The notes under the pieces: generated by a model
What the model was told of the DNA's origin: nothing
Databases searched by the model: none
Seen by the model: only the letters and a program-made list of their open reading frames with translations
Shown: positions 34,746-46,804 of the stretch, in pieces
Numbering within the stretch: the stretch's first letter is position 1
How the letters are laid out: each line of letters begins with the position of its first letter
Program-made: the position numbers and the translations under genes
NCBI GenBank assembly: GCA_963833425.1
Contig: CAWHXP010000008.1
Span: 212,578 to 276,577, forward strand
Reading direction: 5' to 3'
Length of the DNA: 64,000 nucleotides
From: an uncultured Methanosarcinaceae archaeon
Lineage (GTDB): Archaea; Halobacteriota; Methanosarcinia; Methanosarcinales; Methanosarcinaceae

Positions 34746-36071
34746 TTATTGCACAGTAATATGAGTTCTTTTTTTCTGACCCATACCATTTCGTTTACTG
34801 TGACAGCGTTTGAATTTTTTTCCACTCCCGCAAGGGCACGGATCATTTCGTCCGGCATTAGCAAAAGCCTCTTCCATAGTCAGAACTCTCATAACTTCCG
34901 ATGCAGGGTGACCCCTACGTATCAATTCTACGAGAATCTGCATCGGGAAATCAATGTGATGAAAAAAAGCTTTCCATCCATCACAGAGATAATTCATACC
35001 CGATTCTCCAATAGAAGTGGTTAAGAAACGGTTCTTGGGACATTCACCTCTGCAAGCGAAGAGCACGTCGCATTCGCAGCATGCCTTCGGAAGAGAATCA
35101 CGCTTATCCTGTCCAAACTTGTACTGCCTTTCGGAACATGCTAGCTCAATAATTTCTTTTTCCATGATATTGCCTAACAGATAGTTGGGCTCAACAAAAT
35201 GATCACAAGAGTAAAGATCCCCGTTGTGCTCCAGAGCAAGCCCCATTCCACAAGTTTCCTCAAAAACACACATCCCTGGAGGCATATCAAGCCATTTGAG
35301 TGCAGAAGCCTCAAAAGTTTGCACGAATATTTTCCCCACGTCATTTCTCACCCACTCATCGAAAATGAGGCTCAGAAAATTGCCAAACTGTTCAGGCAGT
35401 ACTGAACGATTAGAAATCTTGTCCTCTTTTTGGTAAATGGAATTCCCCTCCTCATTAATTCGCTCTACAACTGGAATAAACTGAATCCAATTTGTTCTTA
35501 TTTCGTCCCTCATAAAGCGGTAGACTTCAAGCGGGTAGTCGGCATTGATCCGATTAACTGTGGTTAGGACGTTGTATTCAACATTGTGTTTTTGCAACAG
35601 ACGAAGTCCTCGCATGACTCTGTCGAAAGTCCCCTCTCCCTTTTTGTCCACTCTATAGGAGTCATGCAGTTCTTGCGGGCCATCGATGCTGATTCCTACG
35701 AGAAAATTGTTTTCCTTGAAGAATCGGCACCATTCGTCATCAAGGAGTGTACCGTTGGTTTGCATCGTATTTTCGAAAGTCATTCCAGGCTTTCTGTACC
35801 TTTCCTGCAGTTCAATGGCACGCCGATAAAATTCAATACCCATAAGCGTGGGTTCACCCCCCTGCCAGGCAACTGTTACCTGCTGGGCGCTGTGAGCTGC
35901 GATAAGCTGTAGGATCTAGTTATCAAGCACTTCGTCTGACATGCGAAACGTGCTGCTGGGATAAAGCAATTCCTTGTCAAGAAAAAAGCAGTATGAGCAT
36001 TTAAGGTTGCAAATTGATCCTACTGGCTTTACCAGTACGTGAATGCGTGTAGGTAGATAGTTTTGTGCCAT
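34746..36071 (-). CDS. Anaerobic sulfatase maturase (radical SAM/SPASM) with SEC-C motif; single in-frame TAG at 35916-35918
   Basis: KPVGSICNLKCSYCFFL, then ...VLDN-TAG-ILQLIAAHSAQQVTVAWQGGEPTLMG in the same frame; SPASM Cys (CVFEETCG, YSCDHF, CCECDVLFACRGECPKNR); GRNDPCPCGSGKKFKRCH. Confidence 0.88.
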
Positions 36072-36865
36072 TTTCACTTCCTTTGCAAGGATTGATGTTA
36101 ATATCATTCTTCCTATCTTTGCAATAATAGCCTGAAATGTAGCATCAGGACTCTAAACTGGCTTGCTATGTATTTTATTGACATGATATATATAAACCAG
36201 TTTAAACTTCCCCATCCTCTATCAGCCCCAGTGTCCATCCAATATCAAGCTATCGAGTTTACCATTAAACTTCCAGTAAGGTTGGAGGTCAAGTTCAACG
36301 GTATCCTCCTGAATAGAAAGCCGAATTCAGGTCTGCAGATTCTGAGAGCATAGCCTTACGCGTCCAGATTGCGTCCTCATAATCTTGACCACGAAGATGT
36401 CCTTTACTCTGAACTGGAGTGATATGCAGTAATGAGTCCTGACACCTACTATGATTTCAGTGAGCATTTGTTCGCCGCATTCCGTGAGTTGTCATTGCAA
36501 TACGCGACTTTCCTGCTTGAAAAGATAGCCTGCTGCATAATTGACTGTTTGCACCTGGTCGACGGTATTAGTGCCGTTGATTGTAGGTTTCCCAACTTAG
36601 AGTTAGGAGATTCGTCGTGTCCTGTAACAGCTCGGTGCCAAACATAGCCATACCATTCGCGGGTTTTGCAGGCAGCTCATCTGCTCTGCTATCTCTATCT
36701 AAAAGAACGAGAGTCTATTTCAGTAAAAGCGATGTGCTGCCCAGCCGTCTTTGGTGTGAATATGTCGCAAGTGACGGGTACTAACACCATATTGTAGAAG
36801 TATATCTTGGAAACGTTGACGACTTTTACTCAGAGAATCGTTCCGCTCTCCCATTGTGACGTTGC

Positions 36866-37205
36866 TTACAACACAGTACGCTACAGGCCTTTTTCACGTT
36901 TCACATGTATTTTTTGGTATTCGTGACTGTTCACCATCTCCAGAAAGACTTTGCGCGAAGGATACTCTACCAGCACAATGGCATCCCATATATCATCGCC
37001 CACAAGCAATTCGGCCGTTTTACCGGTATAGACTGCGTGCTCCATGTGCATCAAGTATCTGCGAGACGCTTTTCACGTACCGATCGTATGCTTCTGATCC
37101 TCCTTCATACTTGAACTTCAGCATGTGCAGTTCAACAATGATGCCCTCATATGGATTTGAGGCATGGGTACGCAACGCTTCATCATTTGGTGCAATTGAA
37201 TTCAT
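36866..37205 (-). pseudogene. DUF1330-family protein, interrupted by stop codons
   Basis: LHMLKFK...AYDRY...LYR*TAELLVGDDIWDAIVLVEYPSRKVFLEMVNSHEYQKIHVKREKGL pattern. Confidence 0.65.
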
Positions 37206-38228
37206 ATAAGACTACTTTAGTTGATAGCTCTAAGGGACGAAAAAGGCCCAAAAAATTAGGGATCTTCGTCATACTCTCTTCATCTGGTTGTTTGAATCAA
37301 TTTCATTCGTTTTTCCGAATCATAACGTCTTCATGATTTATCTGGTAGTGCTCTGGAAGGAGTTTACTGTAACTGAAAGTCCAATGGTTCTGACCAATAA
37401 ATTTTCCAGGTCGCATTGGGCTGATTTTTTCAACAAAGTGCTGCACCAGCAAAAGAAAAACAAATCAATTTCTGACGCATAACACTCGAAGCATCAATGA
37501 GTAAGCCTCTGGAGAGGCTTCATTTCTGGCATATAAAATTTCATATTCAGGAAAAAAATGATTTTCGGTGTAATTCCGAAACTTCTTTGTTTTCTATGAG
37601 TCACCTAACTTGCAGCTTAAAACGTAGTACAGTATTTTCTCTCCGCGCCCTTATGAAGATACAGGCCCGCTCTTCCCAGAGCCATAGGCTGGTAGAGCCA
37701 GCCGTAGGCTCAATTGATGGAGCTCACTTTGGTGAGCATCGAGGTCAGTAACTTTTCTCCTATTCCGCTCCCTGCACCAGGCCAAGTTTGCTGGATTCTC
37801 TTTGGATTAAGATTCACCAACAAGTCCATGTATACTAATGTACTGGAATATTTAGTAATACTGATTAAAAATCTATTATTTCCAATTCATGACGCTCCTT
37901 TATTCTTGAAACTTTGGGGATGAGATAACGGCCATTTAGGCTTTAGATTGGCTAAAAAAAGATTTGGACAAAAAAAATCGAAAATGATTAAGGTGCGAAA
38001 TGTCTAAAAATGTTATTTTTCATGCTAAATATTTGTCATTCAAGTTGGAAAATTTCTATACATGAAATTTAGAGTTGTGTCCATTAATCGTTAATCAGTA
38101 TCAAAAGGAGTGGAGTTAATAAAGAAAATTAATGCTAAAGAATAGATGCGTCACAGAAAAGACAGAGAATATTGGCTATAATGAAATCCAGAGTGTTAAA
38201 GCGTATTGTAAGGCTTCTTAGCCCTATT

Positions 38229-38672
38229 TTAATTCAGCTTGTATTCCAAAGCTTCCTTGCTGAGGAAATAACCAAGAACTGTTCTTATCAAAACGATGGT
38301 GCCCAGAACGATTAGTTTTTCCTGTGTAGGATGCTTTGTTGTCTCCAATACGTCGGCTGCAATAAAAAACTCAAGCCCGAATACAATTTTATCCGTAAGC
38401 TCTTTTCTCATTTGCTGGTAACTATAAGATTTCTTCAAAATTTCACAAAAAACGATGCCTAAGATAGCCTGGAGTCCTCCGTATATGATAAGCAACGACC
38501 CTGCTGAATTGAATAGTAAAGAGGATACATTCAAAATTAAGATTTCCAAATCTTCTAATGTCCTTTTATCATCCCCATAAAAGCTAAATAGTGAAATTCG
38601 ACAAAAAATCCCACTCATTATATATTTCCTTGTGATATATACTCTTTCAACATCTATTTTGGAGCGTTCCAA
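38229..38672 (-). CDS. DUF1622 membrane protein
   Basis: FGLEFFIAADVLET and LGTIVLIRTVLGYFL motifs; true start probably downstream. Confidence 0.8.
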   Translation of the reverse strand: MERSKIDVERVYITRKYIMSGIFCRISLFSFYGDDKRTLEDLEILILNVSSLLFNSAGSLLIIYGGLQAILGIVFCEILKKSYSYQQMRKELTDKIVFGLEFFIAADVLETTKHPTQEKLIVLGTIVLIRTVLGYFLSKEALEYKLN

Positions 38673-38702
38673 AATGTCGATTGGAGATCGTAGGGAATAG
38701 AT

Positions 38703-41057
38703 ATGTCGTTGAAAGAGTATAAATTTGGAACCACTTTTCCAGGTGTAATAGAGCGCACAGTGGACGAGTCAGAACCAGCCTGGCCGGAACCACTGCGTGC
38801 TAAAGAGGACACGCCTAACATATTGTTTATTTTACTGGATGACATAGGATTTGGACAATTGGGTTGCTATGGCAGTCCTATTGAGACGCCTCATCTAGAC
38901 AGTTTGGCTGCGGATGGTCTCGCTTACAGTAACATGCATACTACGGCTCTGTGCTCTCCTAGTCGTTCGTGCATGCTTACTGGCCGAAACCACCACTCTA
39001 ACAACATGGCCTGCATCACAGAAGGCTCAACTGGCTATCCAGGCTATAATGGTAATATACCTTTTGAGAATGGGTTTTTGTCTGAGATGCTTCTGCAGCA
39101 CGGTTACAACACCTATGCAATTGGCAAATGGCATCTGACGCCCTCAGAACAGGTTTCTGCAGCAGGACCTTATGACCGATGGCCTTTGGGAAGAGGTTTT
39201 GAGCGCTTTTACGGTTTTTTAGGAGGTGATACAAACCAGTATTATCCTGAACTGATCTATGATAATCATTCCATAGCCCCTCCCAAAACTCCAGAAGAGG
39301 GCTACACCTTGAATGAGGATATAGTGAATAGGGCTATCCAATTCATTGCTGATTCCAAACAAATCGCACCCAGCAAACCTTTTTTTATGTACTTCTGTCC
39401 AGGTGCCACGCATGCTCCTCATCATGTTCCTAAGGAATGGGCAGATAAATATAGCGGTAAGTTCGATAGTGGTTGGGGCGCTTATCGAGAGAAGACATTA
39501 GCCCGGCAGAAGGAACTGGGTATTGTCCCAAAAGAAACCAAGCTATCTCGCCATGATCCTGATGTTAAACCTTGGGACAAATGCTCCCCTGAGGAGAAGA
39601 AACTATATGCCCGTATGATGGAAGTCTTTGCCGGATTCCTAGAACACACAGATTATCACATTGGTCGGTTGTTGCAGTTTCTAAAAGATATTAATGAGTT
39701 CAAAAATACGTTGATCATGGTAATTTCTGATAACGGGGCAAGCTCCGAAGGAGGTCCTACGGGATCAATTAATGAGAACAAGTTTTTCAACAATGTGCCT
39801 GAGTCTCTAGAGGAAAATCTCGCAGCCTTGGATAAACTTGGGGGACCAGAGACCTTCAACCATTATGCTTGGGGCTGGACCTGGGCTGGAAACACACCCT
39901 TTCGCCGCTGGAAAAGAGAGACCTACCGTGGTGGTGTCAGCGATCCCTTTATTGTCCATTGGCCAAAGGGAATAAAAGCTAAAGGAGAAATTCGAACTCA
40001 ATATGCCCACGCTATCGATATGGTACCTACAGTACTAGAGTGTCTGGGTATTGAACCTCCTACGGTTATAAAAGGTGTAACTCAATCTCCTATCGAAGGC
40101 GTGAGTTTTGCACACACTCTCGACGATGCTAATGCACCAACCAAGCACCACACCCAATACTTTGAGATGATGGGCCACCGCTCCCTGTATCATGATGGCT
40201 GGCGTGCCGTGTGTCCGTGGCCTGGTCCGTCGTTCACAGAAGCAGGTAAATTTTTCGGGAAACCGATCACAGCAGATATGTTGACCGAGATGGATGCAAA
40301 AAGCTGGGAGCTTTACCACATTGAAAAGGATTGGGCAGAGAATGAAAATATTTCCGCAAATAATCGTCCTAAGCTGATCGAGATGGTTGCTACCTGGTAT
40401 GCAGAGGCGGGGAAATATAATGTACTACCTATCGATGGTCGTGGAGTTCAGCGTGTTGCCGATGAGAGGCCAAGTATAGCGATTAATCGAACTCACTACA
40501 CCTATTATCCTGGAACTCAGGGAATTCCCACAAATGTAGCAGTCAAAGTTCTCAACCGTTCGCACAGTATTATTGCCGATGTTGAGATCCCTGCAGGAGG
40601 TGCTGAAGGAATCTTGCTCTCTCATGGGGGTATCGATGGGGGCTTTTCATTCTATGTTAAAGACGGAATGCTTCACTGGGTGCATAACTATGTAGCGAGT
40701 GCTTTCTATCATGTAGACTCCAGTGATAATATTCCTGAAGGACGACATCAATTCGGCTTCGAGTTCGAGGTGACCGGTCAGCCAGATTTTACTAATGGCA
40801 AGGGCTCACCTGGAATAGCTAGGCTCTTTATAGATGGGAAGTTAGTCGGTCAAATTGATGTACCTGTGACTACTCCATTTGCATTAGGGTTAACTGGTGG
40901 AGTAACCTGTGGCTCAGCTCATAGATCACCAGTCACACCAGACTACAGTCCCCCCTTTGAGTTCACAGGCGAGATCCATAGTGTGACTGTGGAAGTGGGC
41001 AACCATCTGATAGAGGACAAGGAAGCTGAGATGCGTATTGTCATGGCCCGGCAATAA
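38703..41057 (+). CDS. Arylsulfatase (Cys-type, formylglycine-dependent)
   Basis: PNILFILLDDIG, CSPSR signature (ALCSPSRSCMLTGR), GKWHL and SDNG motifs; C-terminal beta-rich domain. Confidence 0.95.
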   Translation: MSLKEYKFGTTFPGVIERTVDESEPAWPEPLRAKEDTPNILFILLDDIGFGQLGCYGSPIETPHLDSLAADGLAYSNMHTTALCSPSRSCMLTGRNHHSNNMACITEGSTGYPGYNGNIPFENGFLSEMLLQHGYNTYAIGKWHLTPSEQVSAAGPYDRWPLGRGFERFYGFLGGDTNQYYPELIYDNHSIAPPKTPEEGYTLNEDIVNRAIQFIADSKQIAPSKPFFMYFCPGATHAPHHVPKEWADKYSGKFDSGWGAYREKTLARQKELGIVPKETKLSRHDPDVKPWDKCSPEEKKLYARMMEVFAGFLEHTDYHIGRLLQFLKDINEFKNTLIMVISDNGASSEGGPTGSINENKFFNNVPESLEENLAALDKLGGPETFNHYAWGWTWAGNTPFRRWKRETYRGGVSDPFIVHWPKGIKAKGEIRTQYAHAIDMVPTVLECLGIEPPTVIKGVTQSPIEGVSFAHTLDDANAPTKHHTQYFEMMGHRSLYHDGWRAVCPWPGPSFTEAGKFFGKPITADMLTEMDAKSWELYHIEKDWAENENISANNRPKLIEMVATWYAEAGKYNVLPIDGRGVQRVADERPSIAINRTHYTYYPGTQGIPTNVAVKVLNRSHSIIADVEIPAGGAEGILLSHGGIDGGFSFYVKDGMLHWVHNYVASAFYHVDSSDNIPEGRHQFGFEFEVTGQPDFTNGKGSPGIARLFIDGKLVGQIDVPVTTPFALGLTGGVTCGSAHRSPVTPDYSPPFEFTGEIHSVTVEVGNHLIEDKEAEMRIVMARQ

Positions 41058-41796
41058 GAATTGAAAAGTTATATTGACGGCTTAGAATGACTATCAGGAT
41101 ACAGAAATCTTGTTTCTACAGCTAGCAATAGCCAGTCTAACCCGATAACAAATTAATTTAAGGAACTGTAAAATAGAAACTTCAGGAGAAATTAAATCCA
41201 CTAACTAGCGAGAAGATAATACCCACACTCGGTGTGAAGTCCAATACCTTCAATTATTCGCAGGCCTATTTGACCGTGGCTCTCCCGCGGATAATATGGC
41301 CTAAGAGCCATATTCAGGCGAACTTTGTAAACAACTAGTTTCTGGTATTAACACCCACATTAAGACTACATACAAGACTAGGAGCTCCAAGCAACTACAA
41401 ACTATACTTCTAAGTGGCTGTATTTGGAATTTGATACCATGAAATCAAACTGGAAGACTATAATATTGCAGCCAAGAATCCTATTTGTTGACTTGGTTGT
41501 TTTTTATTTATCTTACTTTCTATGTGTCTTCGGCATAGATACCATTAGTTCGGTTAAGATACGATATGTAAGGAGTGTAATATTTTTTTCTGCTTTTTTC
41601 TGTAAGCATGTAAACATAAATTGAGACGAATCAATTATCGTAGTAGCCGTCTTGGCTTTTAAACAGATTCCTTCACCGAGCATAAATGAAAAACTCTTAA
41701 GGTGGGTGTAGATAAAAACACTGAAGGCATGAACCAATCAAATAATGCACAAAATTGTTCTAAAAGAAAAATTGCAGCTTATTGTAAACCTATGAA

Positions 41797-42879
41797 GTGG
41801 AGTCGCAAATCATGAACATTAACAGCAGTTCGGTACCAGCCAGAATCTTAGTTTATAGCACTTTTATTGTTATCCTGACTATCGGAATGAAGGAAATAGC
41901 TCCCATACTTATAACTATTACTTTCTCTGTTTTTGCTGCACTGTTTTTTACACCTCATATTCGTTGGCTCAAAAGAAAGGGGATACCAGGTGGACTGAGC
42001 GTTCTTCTTGTAATTATTTTATTTGCTTTAATTGTCGCAATTTTCAGCATTTTTGTTGTAAAAGGTGCAATCCAATTTGAAAGCCAGATCCCTATCTACC
42101 AAACTAATTTAATGGGATTTATAGATACTCTTACACGTTACATTCCTTCACAAGAGTATGTTTCCTTGAATTCGATATTACGCGATATTGCATCAACTAC
42201 GATCTCCCTGATGTCGAGTATTATTAATGGATTTTTGAATGCAGGGACAACAGCTGGAATTATAATCCTTACAACAGCGTTCTTGTTGATAGACGCTGCC
42301 AATACTCCGAAAAAAATAACTTCAAAATTTGAAACTCAATCCAAGCTTCAGATGAGCATAAGTAAATTTGACAAAAATCTGATAGGGTTTCTTGTCATAA
42401 GAGCAGAAACAAATCTTATCACAGCTGTCGGAATTACTATCTTTCTCCTCATAGGAGGCATTGACTTTGCGATTCTCTGGGGAGTTCTCATATTCCTGCT
42501 CAGCTATATACCCTACATTGGTCTCGTTCTAGCTTCTATTCCACCCACAATGCTTGCACTGTTTAAGTATGGACCTATAGGTGCTCTTGCAGTTATTGTC
42601 GTTGTATTGATTGTCAGTATGCTTGCGGAAAATGTAGTATTTCCTTCACTTGCAGGAAAAGGATTGAAATTATCTCCAGGCGTTTTGTTTCTTTCTCTTA
42701 TATACTGGAATTATGTTCTTGGAACTGCAGGTGTGCTGCTTTCCATACCGCTTACAGTGGTTTTGAAGATCGTATTTGAAAGTTTTGATGAAACAAAATG
42801 GCTAGCTAGATTGATGGGATCAACTGAAGAAGAGGAGAATGAAAAAACTGCGAGTAAGGAAAATAAAATGGTGACCTAG
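41797..42879 (+). CDS. AI-2E family transporter
   Basis: Multi-pass hydrophobic ORF with LLSYIPYIG and GxLLSIPLT motifs. Confidence 0.9.
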   Translation: MESQIMNINSSSVPARILVYSTFIVILTIGMKEIAPILITITFSVFAALFFTPHIRWLKRKGIPGGLSVLLVIILFALIVAIFSIFVVKGAIQFESQIPIYQTNLMGFIDTLTRYIPSQEYVSLNSILRDIASTTISLMSSIINGFLNAGTTAGIIILTTAFLLIDAANTPKKITSKFETQSKLQMSISKFDKNLIGFLVIRAETNLITAVGITIFLLIGGIDFAILWGVLIFLLSYIPYIGLVLASIPPTMLALFKYGPIGALAVIVVVLIVSMLAENVVFPSLAGKGLKLSPGVLFLSLIYWNYVLGTAGVLLSIPLTVVLKIVFESFDETKWLARLMGSTEEEENEKTASKENKMVT

Positions 42880-44143
42880 ATCAATGAGAAGGTACTCTAG
42901 AACTGTTTGCTCAGATAAAAAGGCCAATTAAATCCGATCTTTTTTTCTTGGCTTTTTTGATTTCAATTCTTAATGTGCCATCATCATCTCACACAAAAGG
43001 CTGATAAAAAGGGTAGCTCTATTGGAGATATAGATGATGATAAATTAGTAAATAATAATGTGAAATTATATTTCGCTGTTGCAAAGCAAAAGGAGTACTC
43101 TAGAACTGAAATTAGCTTAATTGCATTTGTACCAATGTTCCTCTATACTTTTTTGCAAAGCTTCAGTTTCTGATCATTCTGCTTGTAATTGAATTTTTTT
43201 GATGGTGGCATTTTCAATAAGCGAGTCTTTTCGATACCATGCCTTATTCTACAACAAATATGGGAATTATTCAGCCTGGACAAAAATAATACACATATCC
43301 ATTTAATGAAATTCAATGAGCAAATTTCGGTGGGCTGAAATTCCTAAACCATTGACGATGGATCATATTTCATATTTTTCATCAGATGGAACTCAAAAGT
43401 GTTTATTGGTTGAAACAGTTACTGATGTTATATTATAGTCAATATGATTAGCGACTGTCACAAGCAATTTAAAGGAGCTCGCAAACTCTGATTATTCTTC
43501 AGTTTAAGCATCATTGAATCCTTTCGCCCAATAGCGGATAGGAACTGATTGTATTGAGTACTAAGATTATACTGTAGGGCATCTACATCTGAAGCAGTGA
43601 GTAGGGCTGTGCCAGTATTCGCTTTGTAAATTAAAATACTTTTGGAGCTAGAATTTGTTGCTCAAAGCACCTTTCATTTTCAATAGCTCAGTTTTCATAA
43701 TATAAGCCTTGATTGATTAAAGTTTCAATATTTCAATCCTAAAAAGGTACCAAATCGCTTATTAGCTGGCCTTTCCATAGAACATCTGGCCAGTATATCA
43801 GATGGGTAATGGCGACTAAAATAATAAAGGGCTAGGCATCTGAAAGGCCCAAGGTAAAGTTTTCATACGGTGGCATTGGGAGAATCTAACTACCATAAAA
43901 TTGATCATAGCATCTCTAAATTAATTGGATAGTTAAAAAGCATGGTGTACCAGGTGGGATTAGTTGCGTAGACTGAATGTTTGGTATATGTTTGGGTGAC
44001 CTTAGTAGGGATCTTTGGCTGTATTTTTAATAAAGGTGGTTACAGCTCTATTTGTTAGTTAGACGGAAGGATTACAATCTAGCTGGAGTAAAGAAAAAAG
44101 CACCATAAAGTATTTAACTAACGAGGTAAAATTTTTGTATAAC

Positions 44144-44157
44144 TGACTAATCAGTCA
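44144..44157. promoter_or_regulatory. Candidate TetR operator upstream of tetR
   Basis: Palindrome TGACT-AATC-AGTCA ending 16 nt before the ATG. Confidence 0.6.
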
Positions 44158-44173
44158 ATAATCGAGATAATGC

Positions 44174-44752
44174 ATGAAAGAGCAGGTCAAAGACAAAAAA
44201 ACAGCCATTATGGATGCAGCCCTGAAGCTCTTCACTGAAAGAGGCTTTCACGGTACTTCCACTGCTGAGATTTCAAAAGAAGCGGGTGTAGCCACAGACA
44301 CCCTTTTCAATTACTTTCCCACAAAGGAAGACCTTATAAATAGCATATATTTCAACGTAAAAGGGCAATTAAGTCAAAGTATGGGGAAACAAGTTGAAAC
44401 ACAGAGTACTTTTCAGGATAAGTTTAGAAAAATATGGTCAAATTTAATCAAATGGGGAGTAGATAATCAGGAAGAGTTTCTTTTTGTTGGGCAGTTCTGC
44501 TCTTCTCCTTATATAACAAAATTTACGCGTGAAGAAGTGATGAAAGAGTATGTCTTTCTGCATGATCTTGTGAATGAAGGAATAAATACGGGAGTGATCA
44601 GAGACTTTTCCTCGGAGTTGACAATTGCAATGTTTTATCATGCTAGCAGGTCGGTAGTGAATCTGATCCTTGATTCAGATTCATCACAAGATCAAAATAA
44701 GTTTATTGACGATGGATTTCAGATTATCTGGAAAGGTTTAGCTAAGGAATAA
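44174..44752 (+). CDS. TetR/AcrR family transcriptional regulator
   Basis: IMDAALKLFTERGFHGTSTAEISKEAGVATDTLFNYFPTKEDL HTH. Confidence 0.95.
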   Translation: MKEQVKDKKTAIMDAALKLFTERGFHGTSTAEISKEAGVATDTLFNYFPTKEDLINSIYFNVKGQLSQSMGKQVETQSTFQDKFRKIWSNLIKWGVDNQEEFLFVGQFCSSPYITKFTREEVMKEYVFLHDLVNEGINTGVIRDFSSELTIAMFYHASRSVVNLILDSDSSQDQNKFIDDGFQIIWKGLAKE

Positions 44753-44769
44753 TTTTTTCATCCCACTTG

Positions 44770-44787
44770 TGAGTGAGCAGTCACTCA
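44770..44787. promoter_or_regulatory. Candidate second TetR operator upstream of the aldo/keto reductase
   Basis: Palindrome TGAGTGA-GCAG-TCACTCA with a 4-nt spacer, like the first site. Confidence 0.55.
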
Positions 44788-44887
44788 TATATGAAAATTA
44801 ATGGACTGACTTCCCTCAAAATATCCAATTAATCAGAAAATCACCCCAGATACATAAAATAGTTTGAAGAAACCAGGTGAATGAAAA

Positions 44888-46090
44888 ATGTTGTACAGAA
44901 AAATGCCTAAGAATGAAGACGAACTTTCTGTATTGGGATTTGGGTGCATGCGCTTTACAGGTAAAGAAGATGGGAGTATAGATGAAAAAATAGCCACTGA
45001 GCATGTACGCTACGCAATCGATCACGGAGTCAACTACGTTGACACTGCCTGGCCGTATCATACGGGACAAAGTGAGCCTTTTTTAGGGCGAGCTCTTGCT
45101 GACGGATACCGCGAGAAAGTTAAACTCGCAACAAAACTTCCCAGCTGGATGTTGGAAAGGCGAGAGGATATGGACTATTTCTTGAATTCTCAACTGGAGA
45201 AACTCAAAACAGACCACATCGACTATTACCTCATCCATGCTCTCGTTGGTGAACTGTGGGATAACGTTGAAAAGCTGGGTGTAATTGATTTCCTTGATAA
45301 AGCCAAAAGTGATGGACGAATCGTCAACGCAGGCTTTTCTTTCCATGGATCTGCTGAAGATTTCAAACGGATAGTGGACGCCTATGACTGGGACTTTTGT
45401 CAGATCCAGTACAATTTCCTGGACGAAAAGAACCAGGCAGGTACCGAGGGTTTGGAATATGCAGCTTCAAAAGGCCTTGGAGTAGTCATTATGGAGCCCC
45501 TCCGTGGAGGGAACCTAACAAGCCCGCTGCCTGTTGATGTGAAAGAAATCTGGGACGAGGCTCCGACGAAGAGAACCTCTGCAGAATGGGCTCTTCTCTG
45601 GGTATGGAACCATCCTGAGGTCACAGTTATCCTCTCGGGGATGAATAAGGAAACACATATTGAAGAGAATCTTACAGTGGCAGACAAAGCATACCCAAAT
45701 TCTCTGACTGAAGCTGAACTGCAGCTAGTAAAAAAAGTAGAGATGAAGTACCGTGAACTGATGAAAGTAAGCTGTACAGGCTGCAGGTACTGTATGCCCT
45801 GTCCAGAAGGTGTGAATATTCCATTATGTTTCGAAACGTACAACAACCTGTACATGTCCGACAATGCTGACGAGACAAAGTTCCTCTATGCTGCAAGGTT
45901 GGGGGGTGGCATCCTATCCGTCCGAGGGCCCGAATTTGCATCCCAGTGCGTACAATGTGGAAAGTGCATTGAAAAATGTCCCCAGCACCTTGATATCCCA
46001 AAGATTCTCGAATCCGCTGTAGAAGAACTTGAAAGACCTGATCTGGAGGAGAGGGTCGCCATAGCAAAACAGGTATTCAAACGGACTTAA
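44888..46090 (+). CDS. Aldo/keto reductase with C-terminal 4Fe-4S domain
   Basis: LGFGCMR, GVNYVDTAWPY, LATKLP, MEPLRGG; CTGCRYCMPCP and CVQCGKCIEKCP. Confidence 0.93.
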   Translation: MLYRKMPKNEDELSVLGFGCMRFTGKEDGSIDEKIATEHVRYAIDHGVNYVDTAWPYHTGQSEPFLGRALADGYREKVKLATKLPSWMLERREDMDYFLNSQLEKLKTDHIDYYLIHALVGELWDNVEKLGVIDFLDKAKSDGRIVNAGFSFHGSAEDFKRIVDAYDWDFCQIQYNFLDEKNQAGTEGLEYAASKGLGVVIMEPLRGGNLTSPLPVDVKEIWDEAPTKRTSAEWALLWVWNHPEVTVILSGMNKETHIEENLTVADKAYPNSLTEAELQLVKKVEMKYRELMKVSCTGCRYCMPCPEGVNIPLCFETYNNLYMSDNADETKFLYAARLGGGILSVRGPEFASQCVQCGKCIEKCPQHLDIPKILESAVEELERPDLEERVAIAKQVFKRT

Positions 46091-46804
46091 AAGCTAGAAA
46101 TTCGAAGTGTAGAAAACACAAAATGGAGATATCGTTTAATATAACTTTATTGAAAGATTAAACAATATCTTCATTTTCCGCTGTTTATCTTTATGTTTCG
46201 TTAATTATACGTATTCAGCTTTAGAATTTTTACCTCAAATTGCAAAGCAACAACAAAATAATTCTGAAAATCAAGCTTGTATGGGTATAGCTCGCGATTC
46301 TAAAGGGCCTCCAAACTAATAAATTGTTATCTAGTAACTAGGATTTAAACTGTTTATTGCTAAAGTATCAAATTCTTCTGGCGAAGGGTGGCACATGGAT
46401 ATTACTGATAGACCAACGGCAAAAAACGCCTCAAATGTCTTTGTGGCCTTGTAATTGGTTTATATGCACAATTAACTGATTATTCATTTTTTGTATGATA
46501 GCATTGATTTAGCTTGAAAAATTTGATAAACAAGACATAGTATCAAAATTTAATACGTGGCATAATTATAAAAAATGACTCGATTTTGAAATTGGATACA
46601 ATCCTTTGAAACATCCGCATTATTTAAGTCTTAGAACGTGATTTAAAATTAGATCATCCTTAGTAAACAGATTGTTCCTTAATGCCTGAACAAAACAAAG
46701 AAATTTCTCATCAAGTAATTTATCTGAAAATAATAGAGAATCACTGGGCCTTATATCCAAAATTTAAGAGCTAAAGATGCAGAAATAACGTTCATTACTA
46801 TCTA

